Below, one piece after another: positions 18,820 through 28,761 of a DNA stretch of 64,000 nucleotides; the first letter of the stretch is position 1, and each line of letters starts with the position of its first letter. The position numbers and the translations under genes were made by a program. The notes beneath the pieces are model-generated. The model was not told the origin of the DNA. It was given only the letters and a program-made list of their open reading frames with translations, and made no database searches. Origin of the DNA: an uncultured delta proteobacterium (GTDB lineage Bacteria; Myxococcota; Myxococcia; Myxococcales; Myxococcaceae); contig CAVZMH010000019.1 in the NCBI GenBank assembly GCA_963776345.1, positions 288,001 to 352,000 on the forward strand. Reading direction: 5' to 3'.

Positions 18820-19580
18820 TGCTGGCTCCGCGCATCGTCGCCTGCCTGGACGTGACCGGCGGCCGGGTGGTGAAGGGGACGAAGTTCGTGAACCTCCGCG
18901 ACCAGGGCGACCCGGTGGAGCTCGCCGAGGCCTACGGCCGGGACGGGGCGGACGAGGTGACCTTCCTGGACATCTCGGCGACCCCCGAGCAGCGCGCGCC
19001 GCTCCTGGACGTCGTCCGGCGGACGGCGGAGCGTCTCTTCGTCCCGCTCACCGTGGGCGGTGGGATGCGCTCGGTCGAGGACGTGGAGCGAGCGCTGCGG
19101 GCAGGGGCGGACAAGGTGGCGCTCAACTCCGCGCCGGTGCGCGCCCCCGAGCTGTTCTCGGAGTGCGCCCGGCGCTTCGGGGCGCAGTGCGTGGTGGCGA
19201 GCATCGACGCCCGGCGCTCGGGCGACCGCTGGCAGGTGGTGGTCGGCGGCGGCCGGACCGCGGTGGACCTGGACGCGATCGAGTGGGCGCGCGAGGCCGA
19301 GCGCCGCGGGGCGGGGGAGATCCTCCTGACCAGCATCGATCGCGACGGGGTCCGGACCGGTTACGACCTCGCCCTGACCCGGGCGGTGGCGAGCGCGGTG
19401 CGGGTGCCGGTGGTGGCCTCCGGTGGGGCAGGGGAGGCCGAGCACCTGCGCGCCGTGCTCCAGGACGCGGGCGCCGACGCGGCGCTGGTGGCGGGGATTC
19501 TCCATGACGGCACGACCACGGTCCGGGCGCTGAAGAAGGCGCTCTCGGCGGCCGGGGTTCCGGTGCGCGGCGAGGCGTGA
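18819..19580 (+). CDS. hisF: imidazole glycerol phosphate synthase, cyclase subunit
   Basis: RIVACLDV..GRVVKG, GADEVTFLDI, GEILLTSIDRDG, ASGGAG. Confidence 0.95.
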   Translation: MLAPRIVACLDVTGGRVVKGTKFVNLRDQGDPVELAEAYGRDGADEVTFLDISATPEQRAPLLDVVRRTAERLFVPLTVGGGMRSVEDVERALRAGADKVALNSAPVRAPELFSECARRFGAQCVVASIDARRSGDRWQVVVGGGRTAVDLDAIEWAREAERRGAGEILLTSIDRDGVRTGYDLALTRAVASAVRVPVVASGGAGEAEHLRAVLQDAGADAALVAGILHDGTTTVRALKKALSAAGVPVRGEA

Positions 19581-20351
19581 TGAGCGAGGCACGGGCGTGG
19601 ATGGAGGCGGCGGAGGCGGTGGCCCGGGTGGCGGGGGAGGTCGCGCTGCGCCACTACCACCGCGGGGTCACGGTGGAGACCAAGGGAGACGGGACGCCGG
19701 TCTCGGTGGCGGATCGCGAGGCGGAGGAGGCCGCGCGGCGCTGGCTGGAGAAGCACTGCCCCCAGGACGGAATCCTCGGCGAGGAGCTCGGGACCACGCG
19801 GCCCGAGGCGCACCGGAGGTGGATCCTCGACCCGATCGACGGGACGAAGACCTTCGTCCGGCGGGTGCCGCTCTGGGGGACGCTGGTGGCGCTGGCCGAG
19901 GGCGAGAAGGTCCTCGCCGGCGCGGCGTTCTTCCCGGCGGTGGACGAGCTGGTGGTGGCGGCACAGGGCGGGGGGTGTCTCTGGAACGGGCGTCCGACGC
20001 GGGTGTCGAGCGTGTCGAAGCTGTCCGAGGCGCGTGGTGCTGATGACGGATGCGCGGATGGGGACGCCCGAGCAGGTCCGCGCCCTCGACGGCCTCTGTT
20101 CCCGCGCGGGCCTGGTCCGGACCTGGGGCGATTGCTACGGGTACCTGCTCGTCGCGACAGGTCGGGCGGAGGCGATGGCCGACTCGGTGATGGCGCCGTG
20201 GGACGCGGCCGCGCTCCAGCCGATCATCGAGGAGGCGGGCGGCGCGTTCAGCGACTGGAGCGGACGGCGCACGGCCTTCGGCGGGAACGCGGTGGCGAGC
20301 AATGCCGCGCTCGCGGCCGAGGTGCGCGCGGCGCTCGGAGCGCAGCGATGA
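19580..20351 (+). pseudogene. hisN: histidinol-phosphatase HisN (inositol monophosphatase family) with one frameshift near 20033; possibly a sequencing error
   Basis: N-half (ILGEE, WILDPIDGTK) is in the 19577 frame; C-half (RTWGDCYGY, PWDAAA, IEEAGG) is in the 20034 frame; one extra base in GAG GCG C GTG GTG. Confidence 0.8.
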
Positions 20352-20932
20352 CGCTCGACTTCGACAAGGGTGGAGGCCGGGTCACCGTCGTCACCCGCGA
20401 CGCGCGGACCGGCGCGGTGCTGATGGTGGCCCACGCCGACCGCGAGGCGATCGCCCGGACCGAGGCCACCGGAGAGATGCACTACACCTCGCGGACCCGC
20501 GGGCTGTGGCGGAAGGGCGAGACCAGCGGGAACGTGCAGAAGGTGGTGCGGCTGACGCCGGACTGCGACTCGGACGCGGTGCTCGCCGACGTGGTGCCGG
20601 CGGGGCCGGCCTGTCACGACGGGACGGTCTCCTGCTTCCGCGAGCCCGGCGAGGCGTCGGGCGCGTTCGCCCGCCTCGACGCCGTGGTGCGCGCTCGGTC
20701 CGAGTCGAGCGAGGGCGAGAGCTACACCCGGAAGCTGCTCGGGGACCGGAACCTCCGGCTGAAGAAGCTCGGCGAGGAGATGGCGGAGCTGGTGACCGCC
20801 TGCGCCGACGGCGACCGCGAGCGCGCCGCCGAGGAGGCCGCGGACGTCGTGTACCACCTGACGGTGGCGCTCCGGGCGCTCGGGGTGGGGCTCGGCGAGG
20901 TCGCCGCGGCGCTCGACCGGCGCGCGCGCTGA
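20348..20932 (+). CDS. hisIE: bifunctional phosphoribosyl-AMP cyclohydrolase / phosphoribosyl-ATP pyrophosphatase
   Basis: LWRKGETSG, DCDSD, GPACHDG..SCF, SYT..LL, KKLGEE; ATGA overlap with the hisN stop. Confidence 0.93.
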   Translation: MTLDFDKGGGRVTVVTRDARTGAVLMVAHADREAIARTEATGEMHYTSRTRGLWRKGETSGNVQKVVRLTPDCDSDAVLADVVPAGPACHDGTVSCFREPGEASGAFARLDAVVRARSESSEGESYTRKLLGDRNLRLKKLGEEMAELVTACADGDRERAAEEAADVVYHLTVALRALGVGLGEVAAALDRRAR

Positions 20933-21089
20933 TCCACCCCCGGACCACGCGGAGGGCAGAGTACGCGGGGCGGGCAAGTGGTCGAGGCCGCTGGCCGCAG
21001 GACGACCGGCCCGCGCGAGCCTCGAGCGCTCCGTGTTCGACGGAAGTCCCGGACGACGGGCCGTCACTGTTGGGTTCTCGGACGCGGTT

Positions 21090-21333
21090 CGCGAAACAGT
21101 TTCGGACGCTCAGGCCGGGGAGGGGTCGCGAGGCGCGGCCGAGCGTCTGATTCGGTTTCGCGGAGCTCGCCCGCGAAACACTTTCAACCGCAACGGAGTC
21201 CACGCTCGCTCGCGGATGAAGGGTCGCATCCGGCGCAGCGCGTCCCGCCCTCGAGCGCTCGCCGCCGGCATCAGGTTCCAGCCTGGAGGAATTGATTCCC
21301 ACGCGTGCTTCAGGAAACCGTTTCGGACGCTCA
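21090..21333. repeat. cluster of ~20-nt REP-like repeats in direct and inverted orientation
   Basis: CGCGAAACAGTTTCGGACGCTC (21090-21111); inverted copy 21141-21162 (18/22); partial copy 21172-21185 (13/14); direct copy 21314-21333 (19/20). Confidence 0.6.
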
Positions 21334-21501
21334 AGAGGACCTTGCGACCGCTTCCCAGGGCGACCGTCCCAAAATGCTTCGGGAACGCACCTCCCGAAAC
21401 CCGGCAGTGCACTGCCTCACGTCATGCCCGCTTGACGCTCCGGGCCCGTTCGCTCGGACCGGGCAGGAAGAGCGGGCCAGAAGACCCAGGAATATGTGCC
21501 T

Positions 21502-21536
21502 TGCATGCATACAATTCTCGAAATCGTGTGCATGCA
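21502..21536 (+). promoter_or_regulatory. palindromic operator overlapping a TACAAT -10 element
   Basis: TGCATGCATAC (21502-21512) / GTGTGCATGCA (21526-21536) inverted repeat; TACAAT at 21510-21515 in an AT-rich patch. Confidence 0.45.
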
Positions 21537-21557
21537 GAGCACCTATCTCGGCGCTGG

Positions 21558-21972
21558 ATGCTCATGAGCGCGGTCGCGGTTGTCCTGGCCGGGTGCCGCG
21601 GATCGACCGAGGTGAGGCCGAGCACGGACCGGTCACCGTTCTGCACCAGCCGCTGCGAAGAGCGAACGCCCGCGCGCGCCCGGTGAAACCAATCCCCGAG
21701 CCGTGGTCGGCAAGATCCTCGGGATCGAGCCGGGTGAGAGGGTCGAGATCGAGGTCTTGAACGGGAGCGTCGACCCGAGCCTGCCGAGCCCGATCTCGAT
21801 CGACGACGTCGCTTTCGGCTCGCCCACTGCGCTACGGCCCAGCGGACTCTTTGCCGTCTACATGGGCGCCACGCCGGTCGGCATGATCCGCCTCGTTCCG
21901 GAGCGCCATCGCCCGGTCGAGATCGTCTCCGGCGCCGATGAGCTGTGCGTGCTCGTCGAGCTCCGGAAGTGA
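21558..21972 (+). pseudogene. putative small lipoprotein gene split by a frameshift
   Basis: MLMSAVAVVLAGC lipobox ORF stops at 21686; an overlapping open frame (from 21616) continues into the well-formed ORF 21703-21972. Confidence 0.35.
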
Positions 21973-21987
21973 ACGCCGCCCGTTCGC

Positions 21988-22329
21988 TCAGCGCCTCGGG
22001 CCGACGAAGATCGGCTCGGCCAGCACCGACCGGGTGAGCCGGGTCACCTTCCCGTACCGGGCGGTGTGGTCGTCCCGGAGCCGGACGGCCTCCGCCGAGC
22101 TCCGGTACGCCTCGATGGCCGCCACGCTCTCCGCCCGGTAGTGCACCACGTACCGCACCCAGCCGTCGGCGGCGCGCTCCTGGTCCTTCCACCGCGTCGC
22201 GCCCAGGAAGCCCGGCTGCCGCAGCACGTCGGTCAGGTGATCGGCCGCGTGCCAGCGCGCCCAGGCCTCCTCGACCGCCGGCGCCACCTCGATGGTCACC
22301 CGGTACACCGCGTTGGCCCGGCCGCTCAC
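21988..22329 (-). CDS. DUF4286-like / EthD-fold small protein
   Basis: YRVTIEV..AVEEAWARW...HLTDVLRQPGF; coupled to the cbs stop. Confidence 0.7.
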   Translation of the reverse strand: MSGRANAVYRVTIEVAPAVEEAWARWHAADHLTDVLRQPGFLGATRWKDQERAADGWVRYVVHYRAESVAAIEAYRSSAEAVRLRDDHTARYGKVTRLTRSVLAEPIFVGPRR

Positions 22330-23693
22330 ATGCGCTCCGCGAGGAACTCGATCAGGTCGATCTTGGTCACGATGGCCACCACCTGCTCGTGCTCCTTGAC
22401 CACCGCGACGTTGTCCTGGGCGAAGACCTCTCGCAGGCGGCTCAGCGTCGCCTCGGGGCTCACCACACCCTGGAGCGGGGCGATCAGCGAATCGATCACG
22501 TCGTGGAACCCCTGCTTCTTGGAGACCAGCGCGTTCAGGAGGTCGTACTCGTGGATCATCCCCACGGTGCCGCCGTGCGCGTCACGCACCGGCATCTGGC
22601 TGAAGCCGTGCTTGCGCATCTGCTCGACGACCGCGTCGATGCGCTGTCCCTTCTGCACGAAGAGGACGTGCTGCTTCCGCGAGCCGATGAGGTCCTTCAC
22701 CCGGCCCGGGGACTTCTCGTCCACCGCGAAGCCGTTGTCCTTCATCCACTCGTCGTTGAAGAACTTGGTGATGTAGTTGTTGCCGGTGTCGGTGAGCACC
22801 ACGACCACGACCTTGCCCTTGCCCAGCTCGCGCGCGATCTCGACCGCGACGTGCACCGTGGCGCCCGAGCTGCCGCCGCCGAAGAGGCCCTCCTCCCGGG
22901 CCAGCCGTCGCGCGGCGTTGAAGCACTGCTGGTCGTCGACCTGGCGGATCTCGTCGATCACCGAGAAGTCGAGCGCCTTGCACAGCATGTCCTCGCCGAT
23001 GCCCTCCACCTTGTAGACGTGCGGCTCCGGCAGCTTCCCGGTCTGGAAGTAGCCCTGGTACACGCTGCCCACCGGGTCCACGCCCACGTTCCGGATGGCG
23101 GGGTTCTTCTCCTTCAGGAACTTGCCCACGCCGGTCATCGTCCCCCCCGTCCCGAGCCCGGTGACGAAGACGTCGAGCCGGCCCTCGAGCTGCTCCCACA
23201 GCTCGGGCGCGGTGGTGAGGTAGTGGGCCTCGCCGTTGTCGGGGTTGTGGTACTGGTTCAGGTAGAAGCTGCCGGGCGTCTCGCGGGCGATGCGCTTCGC
23301 CGTCTCGTAGTAGCTCTGCGGCGAGTCGGCGGGCACGTTGGTCGGCGTCACCACCACCTGCGCGCCCAGCGCCTTCAGCCGGTTGACCTTCTCCGCCGAC
23401 ATCTTGTCCGGCATGGTGAAAACGCAGCGGTAGCCCTTCACCGCCGCGGCCAGCGCCACGCCCATCCCGGTGTTGCCCGAGGTGTTCTCCACGATGGTGC
23501 CGCCGGGCTTCAGCTTCCCCTCACGTTCGGCCTTCTCGATGATGTGCAGGGCCATCCGGTCCTTGATCGACCCGCCCGGGTTCATGAACTCGCACTTGGC
23601 GTAGACGGTGGCGTCGTTCGGGCCGACCAGCTTGTTGAGCCGGACCAGCGGGGTGTGGCCGATGGCCGAGAGGATGGTGGAGTGCACGTTCAT
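22326..23693 (-). CDS. cbs: cystathionine beta-synthase with C-terminal CBS pair
   Basis: IGHTPLVRL, KCEFMNPGGSIKDR, TSGNTG, GTGGT, EGIG, then CBS domains (FSQMPV). Confidence 0.92.
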   Translation of the reverse strand: MNVHSTILSAIGHTPLVRLNKLVGPNDATVYAKCEFMNPGGSIKDRMALHIIEKAEREGKLKPGGTIVENTSGNTGMGVALAAAVKGYRCVFTMPDKMSAEKVNRLKALGAQVVVTPTNVPADSPQSYYETAKRIARETPGSFYLNQYHNPDNGEAHYLTTAPELWEQLEGRLDVFVTGLGTGGTMTGVGKFLKEKNPAIRNVGVDPVGSVYQGYFQTGKLPEPHVYKVEGIGEDMLCKALDFSVIDEIRQVDDQQCFNAARRLAREEGLFGGGSSGATVHVAVEIARELGKGKVVVVVLTDTGNNYITKFFNDEWMKDNGFAVDEKSPGRVKDLIGSRKQHVLFVQKGQRIDAVVEQMRKHGFSQMPVRDAHGGTVGMIHEYDLLNALVSKKQGFHDVIDSLIAPLQGVVSPEATLSRLREVFAQDNVAVVKEHEQVVAIVTKIDLIEFLAERM

Positions 23694-23742
23694 GGCGCTC
23701 CCGCTCATAGCACCAGCGGCCGTCAGCGCGCCCTGTCCGGAT

Positions 23743-25029
23743 TCACCCGGCAGCGTGGTCCAGCAGCCAGCAGCGGAGCGCGACGGGGTCGGCCGCCAGC
23801 GGCTCGGAACGTGACGGCCGGGCGAGCAGCTCGGCCAGGGCGGGCGGGACCGAGACCGGATGTCCGACCAGCGGCTCGACGATGCCCTCGAACTTGGCCG
23901 GATGCGCCGTCGCCGCCACGGCCCATTGCCCGCTCGCGCCCTCGGCCCGGAGCTGCTCCAGGACGCGCACCCCGGCGGCGGTGTGCGGACAGAAGACCCG
24001 CCCGTGCCGACGCTCGCCCTCCTGGATGGTCCGGGAGATGTCCGCATCCGCCACCGCCCGCGCCCGCGAGGCGGGTCCGGAGCACCTCCAGGTCGGGGAA
24101 CGTCCAGACCAGCCGCTCGAAGTTGCTCGGGTCCCCGACGTCCATCGCATTCGCCAGCGTGGCCACGCTCGGCCGGCCGCGGTAGACGCCGAGCTCGAAG
24201 AACTCGACCAGCGTCCGGTTGGCGTTCGTCGCCAGGACGATGTCCCCGATCGGCGCGCCCAGCTCGCGCGCCCACACCGCGGCCAGCGCGTTGCCCAGGT
24301 TCCCGGTCGGGACCACGAGGTTGAGCGTCCCCGGTGCTCCAGGCCGCCTGCGCGTGGTACGCGAGCTGCGGCAGGAGCCGGCCGAGGCTGATGCTGTTCG
24401 CCGAGGTGAGCCGGAGCGAGGCGAGCGCCGGGTCGGCGAAGGCGGCCTTGACCATCTGCTGGCAGTCGTCGAACGCGCCCGCCACCCGGAGCGCCGTCAC
24501 GTTGTCACCGAACGTGCCGAGCTGGTGCGCCTGGCGGGGCGAGACCCGGCCCTCGGGGTAGAGCAGCACCACCCGGACGCCGGCCATCCGGTGGAAGGCC
24601 GCGGCGACCGCGCCGCCGGTGTCGCCCGACGTCGCGACCAGCACCGTTCGCGTTCCGGCGCCGGCCGGATGGAGCCGCGCGCACGCAGGCGGCGAGGAAC
24701 CGCGCCCCGAAGTCCTTGAAGGCCGCGGTCGGCCCATGGAACAGCTCGACCACGAAGTCGCCCGGGCCGCGCAGCGGCACCAGCGGGGCAGGGAAGGTGA
24801 AGGCCTCGGCCACCATCGTCGGGAGCTCGGGCGCGAGCCGATCGCCGGCGAAGAACGGCGCGAGCACCGCCACCGCCGCGTCGGCGAGCGCACCCCCGCC
24901 CGGCGCTCGCACCTCGCCGCGGGGGAGCCGCGCCGGGACGAACAGTCCGCCATCCGGCGCCGTGCCCCGGAGCAGCGCGTCCGCCAGCGGCAGGTCCGCC
25001 ACCCCGCCGCGGGTGCTCCCGACGTTCAC
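23743..25029 (-). pseudogene. thrC: threonine synthase with three frameshifts (~24685, ~24330, ~24065); possibly sequencing errors
   Basis: Collinear motifs in four frame segments: APDGGLFVP/ELFHGPTAAFKDFG; ATSGDTG/FDDCQ/SANSISLGRLLPQ; VPTGNLGN/NAMDVGDPSNFER; CPHTA/TAHPAKF. Confidence 0.85.
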
Positions 25030-25952
25030 CCCACCACCCTCGCCGCCGGCGCGGCGACGGGCGAGATCCACACGTCGCAGTCGATGAACGCCGACCGGAA
25101 GGCCTGCTCCATGGCCGCGGCGATCCGCTCCGCCCGGTCCTTGGTGCACCAGGCGAAGACGCTCGGGCCGCCGCCGGAGATGCTCGCCCCGAGCGCGCCC
25201 TCCTCGAGCGCGGCGGCCTTCACCGGCCCGAAGCCGCCGACCAGCGGCGCCCGCAGCGGCTCCACCAGCACGTCGCGCAGCCCGGCGCGGATGCAGTCGA
25301 GGTCGTTGCGGTAGCACCCGGCGAGCACCAGGGCGAGGTTCGCGCTCTGCTCCACGAACTGGGGCAGCTCGAACGGCAGCCTCAGGACGGCCCGCGCGGT
25401 CTTGGTCTCCAGGATCTGGTGGGGATGCACCAGCACGCAGGTCAGGCCATCCGGCACGGGGATCGGGACCAGCCGGTGGTGCGTGGCCAGCGCCAGCCCT
25501 CCGAGCAGCATCGGGCCCACGTTGTCGCCGTGCTCCGCGCCGCTCGCCGCCGACTCGCCGATCATCGCGCACTGGTACAGGACGTCCATCGGCGCCGGCC
25601 GCTCGAGCACCGCGTTCGCCGCGACCAGGGCCGCGACGCACGAGGCCGCCGAGCCCCCCATCCCCGAGCCGAGCGGGATCCCCTTCTCGATCGTCACCTC
25701 GAAGCCGTGGGTGAGCCCCAGCCGTCCGCGGAGCGCGAGCAGCGCCCGGCCCGCGGTGTTCTTCTCGGCGTCCATCGGCAGTCCGACCACCACACCCCCG
25801 ATGGCGGCGATTCGCACCTCGGGTGCATCGATGCGCTGGACGGTCACCCGGTCCGACGGACCGACGATGGCATGGCCGAGGATGTCGAAGCCCACGCCGA
25901 CGTTGCCCACCGAGGCGGGAGCGGCGGCGGTGGCCCGCAGAGAGCGTTCCAT
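25026..25952 (-). CDS. thrB: homoserine kinase
   Basis: APASVGNVGVGFDILG, KGIPLGSGMGGSAAS, HGDNV, ISGGGPS (GHMP kinase). Confidence 0.92.
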   Translation of the reverse strand: MERSLRATAAAPASVGNVGVGFDILGHAIVGPSDRVTVQRIDAPEVRIAAIGGVVVGLPMDAEKNTAGRALLALRGRLGLTHGFEVTIEKGIPLGSGMGGSAASCVAALVAANAVLERPAPMDVLYQCAMIGESAASGAEHGDNVGPMLLGGLALATHHRLVPIPVPDGLTCVLVHPHQILETKTARAVLRLPFELPQFVEQSANLALVLAGCYRNDLDCIRAGLRDVLVEPLRAPLVGGFGPVKAAALEEGALGASISGGGPSVFAWCTKDRAERIAAAMEQAFRSAFIDCDVWISPVAAPAARVVG

Positions 25953-26004
25953 TCCCCGGAGCCTAGTGCGCGAGGGCGTGACGGGTCTGCTACCCTTGGG
26001 AGCA

Positions 26005-27045
26005 ATGCACAGCGAGCAGGCCCTCCGGGACCAGGTGGCGCTCGCCACCGGTCGTCCGCAGGACGGGGCCCCGGTCCTCCAGCTGAAGGGTGACGCGAGC
26101 AACCGCTCCTACCTCCGTGTCGGGCGCTGGCCGGACAGCCACGTGGTGATGGTGATGCCACCCGGTCCCCAGAGGAGCGAGGAGGCCAGCAAGGGCGGGC
26201 CTCCGGACGAGCTCCCCTTCCTCAACGTGCAGCGTTACCTCGAGGGCCTCGGGGTCCGTGTCCCGCGCATCCTCCGGTACGACCCCGCCGTGGCGATGAT
26301 GGTCCTCGAGGACCTCGGCAACGTCACCTTCGAGCGGGCGCTGGAGGGGATCTCGCGCGAGGCGCTCTACGGCCGCGCGGTAGATCTCCTGGCCCGGATG
26401 CGCGCCGCGGCCGAGGCGCGGCCCGACCCGCGCTGCCTCGCCTTCACCCGGGCCTTCGACGAGGAGCTCTACACCTGGGAGCTCCACCACTTTCGCGAGT
26501 ACGGCCTCGAGGCCTGGAGCGGACGGGTGCCCACCACGGCCGAGCGCGCGCAGCTCGAGCGCGCCTTCGCCGGGATCGCCGGACGCCTCGCCGCGGCGTC
26601 TCGGGGCTTCACCCACCGCGACTACCAGAGCCGGAACCTCATGGTGACCGGCGGCGAGCTGGTGGTCATCGACTTCCAGGACGCGCTCCAGGGCCCGTGG
26701 CAGTACGACCTGGTCGCCCTCCTGCGCGACAGCTACGTCGAGCTCGCGCCGGAGCTGGTGGAGGCGATGATCGACCGCTGGCTCGCCGAGTACGCGCGCG
26801 CCTCGGGCCGCACGCTCCAGCGGCCAGAGTTCAGGCGCTTCTTCGATCTGCTCACCGTGCAGCGCAAGCTGAAGGACGCGGCGCGGTTCGAGTTCATCCA
26901 CCGGGTGAAGAAGAATCCGGGTTTCCTCCCCTCGATCCCCGCCTCGCTCCGCTACGCCCGCGCGGCGATGGAGCGGCTGTCCGACGACCCGGACGTGGTC
27001 GCGCTCCGCGAGGTGGCCGTGCGCTACGTCCCCGAGCTGCGCTGA
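26005..27045 (+). CDS. amgK: AmgK-like anomeric MurNAc/GlcNAc kinase (APH family)
   Basis: GDASNRSY, LEDLG, HRDYQSRNLM, IDFQDALQGP..YDLVALLRD; adjacent to a nucleotidyltransferase. Confidence 0.8.
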   Translation: MHSEQALRDQVALATGRPQDGAPVLQLKGDASNRSYLRVGRWPDSHVVMVMPPGPQRSEEASKGGPPDELPFLNVQRYLEGLGVRVPRILRYDPAVAMMVLEDLGNVTFERALEGISREALYGRAVDLLARMRAAAEARPDPRCLAFTRAFDEELYTWELHHFREYGLEAWSGRVPTTAERAQLERAFAGIAGRLAAASRGFTHRDYQSRNLMVTGGELVVIDFQDALQGPWQYDLVALLRDSYVELAPELVEAMIDRWLAEYARASGRTLQRPEFRRFFDLLTVQRKLKDAARFEFIHRVKKNPGFLPSIPASLRYARAAMERLSDDPDVVALREVAVRYVPELR

Positions 27046-28019
27046 TGCCGCCGGGCTCCAGAGCCTTGGTCCTCGCCGCGGGATTGGGCACGCGCCTCCG
27101 CCCGCTGACCGAGGCGTTCCCCAAGCCGGCGGTGCCGTTTCTCGGCGCCCCGTTGCTCCGCCGGACGTTCGCCGTGCTGGCGAGGGGCGGCGTGGACCGC
27201 GTCGCGCTCAACACTCACCACCTCCCGGAGGCGATGGCGCAGGTCGCGCGCGAGGAGGGCGCCCGGCGCGGGCTCGCCGTCGTCACGGTCCACGAGCCGG
27301 TCATCCAGGGCACCGGCGGGGGGCTGCGGGGCCTCGCCCGGGCGCTCCCGGGAGACGACGTGGTCGTGGCCTGGAACGGCGACATCCTCTTCGCCCCGGA
27401 CCTCGGGCGGCTGCTCGAGGTGCATCGGGCCTCGGGCGCGGCAGCGACGATGGTGCTCTTGCCCATGCCCCCCGGCCGGAGCTACGGCGTGGTGGAGATC
27501 GACGGAGCGGGGAGGGTGCGGCGCATCGGCCGGGCGGCCGCGGCGCCGCTGCCCGGCTGCACGCCGTGGCACTTCAGCGGCGTACATCTCATATCGCCGC
27601 GGGTGTTCGAGGTGATGGCTCCCGCGGGGCCCGAGGACATCAACCACGACGTCTACCCGCGGCTCTTCGCGTCGGGCGCGGTGCGCGGCGTGGTCGTCGA
27701 CGCGGCCTGGTCCGACCTGGGCTCCCCGGCGACGTACCTCGAGGCGCAGGCCGACCTCCTGCTCGGCCGCGTGCCGGATCCGCTCGGGCCGGAGTCGCCG
27801 CTCGCCGGACGGACCGGGATCGAGGCGCTGGTGGAGAAGGGCGCCCGGGTCCACCCGTCGGCCGAGCTCTCGCCGGACGTCTTCGTCGCCAGCGGCGTCG
27901 AGGTGCCCGCCGGCGCGCGCATCCGACGGAGCGCGCTGCTCGCGGGAGCCGTGGTGCGTCCGGACGAGGCCGTGAAGAACCAGATCCGCTGGTCCGGCGG
28001 AACGCTCCAGGCGGGCTGA
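27045..28019 (+). CDS. murU: MurU-like NDP-sugar nucleotidyltransferase
   Basis: LAAGLGTRLRPLT..PKP, GTGGG, NGD, WSDLGSP; TGATG coupling with amgK. Confidence 0.75.
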   Translation: MPPGSRALVLAAGLGTRLRPLTEAFPKPAVPFLGAPLLRRTFAVLARGGVDRVALNTHHLPEAMAQVAREEGARRGLAVVTVHEPVIQGTGGGLRGLARALPGDDVVVAWNGDILFAPDLGRLLEVHRASGAAATMVLLPMPPGRSYGVVEIDGAGRVRRIGRAAAAPLPGCTPWHFSGVHLISPRVFEVMAPAGPEDINHDVYPRLFASGAVRGVVVDAAWSDLGSPATYLEAQADLLLGRVPDPLGPESPLAGRTGIEALVEKGARVHPSAELSPDVFVASGVEVPAGARIRRSALLAGAVVRPDEAVKNQIRWSGGTLQAG

Positions 28020-28199
28020 GGCGGGAACAGGGGCGCAGCCCCTCGAGCTCCCAACTGCTCGCGACGTGGGGCGCTGCCGCCCACTCGGCGCCCCTCCGGC
28101 TCCATTCACCGGCCCCGATGACCGCTCGCCGGTCCGTCTTGCGCACGGCGTCCGCCTCCGCTTCGATCGCCGAGGACTCAGGGAAGGGGAGATGCGCTC

Positions 28200-28682
28200 A
28201 TGCAGATGCCCACGCCGACCGAGGAGCACCGGAAGCTCCACCGCCTCGCAGGGAGCTGGACCGGGGAGGAGACGCTCCAGCCGTCCCCGTGGGGTCCGGG
28301 CGGTCCAGCCGTCGGACGGATCGCCGCGCAGGTCGCGCTGGACGGCCTGTTCGTCGTCTCCGACTACGTGGAGGAGAAGGACGGGAAGGTCGTGTTCCGG
28401 GGACACTCGGTCTTCGGCTGGGACCCGTCCTCGAAGTCCGTCACCTGGTACTGGTTCGACACGATGGGAGCGAATCCCCCTTCGCCGGCTCGCGGCACGT
28501 GGGATGGAGACACCCTGGCTCTCGCCGTCACCACCCCGGGCGCCGAGGGTCGGTACACCTACCGCTTCCACGGAAGCGATCGCTACGAGTTCAAGATCGA
28601 GAGCTCGTTCGACGGCGGGAAGACCTGGGTGAAGTTCATGGAGGGCACGTACCGGCGCGCCGGGAGTGGGTCGTCCGCGTGA
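28200..28682 (+). CDS. DUF1579-like beta-barrel protein
   Basis: EHRKLHRLAGSW, FGWDP....YWFDTMG, FMEGTY pattern. Confidence 0.7.
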   Translation: MQMPTPTEEHRKLHRLAGSWTGEETLQPSPWGPGGPAVGRIAAQVALDGLFVVSDYVEEKDGKVVFRGHSVFGWDPSSKSVTWYWFDTMGANPPSPARGTWDGDTLALAVTTPGAEGRYTYRFHGSDRYEFKIESSFDGGKTWVKFMEGTYRRAGSGSSA

Positions 28683-28761
28683 CGCAGGGGTGACGTTCCC
28701 GGCGCTTCGACCTCGACGAGTTGCGGTCGTCGGCCTTCGCGCCCATGGTGGTGCGACCGCC

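Noticed and set aside
19577..20932. Apparent HisN-HisIE fusion ORF (451 aa)
   Set aside because: Produced by the +1 frameshift in hisN. The true hisN C-half is in another frame, and hisIE has its own ATG overlapping the hisN stop.
21090..21333. CRISPR array
   Set aside because: Repeats are in mixed orientation, irregularly spaced and degenerate; no cas genes.
22326..24953. Apparent ThrC-CBS fusion (875 aa)
   Set aside because: A frameshifted thrC segment happens to be in frame with cbs; the intervening translation is non-homologous.
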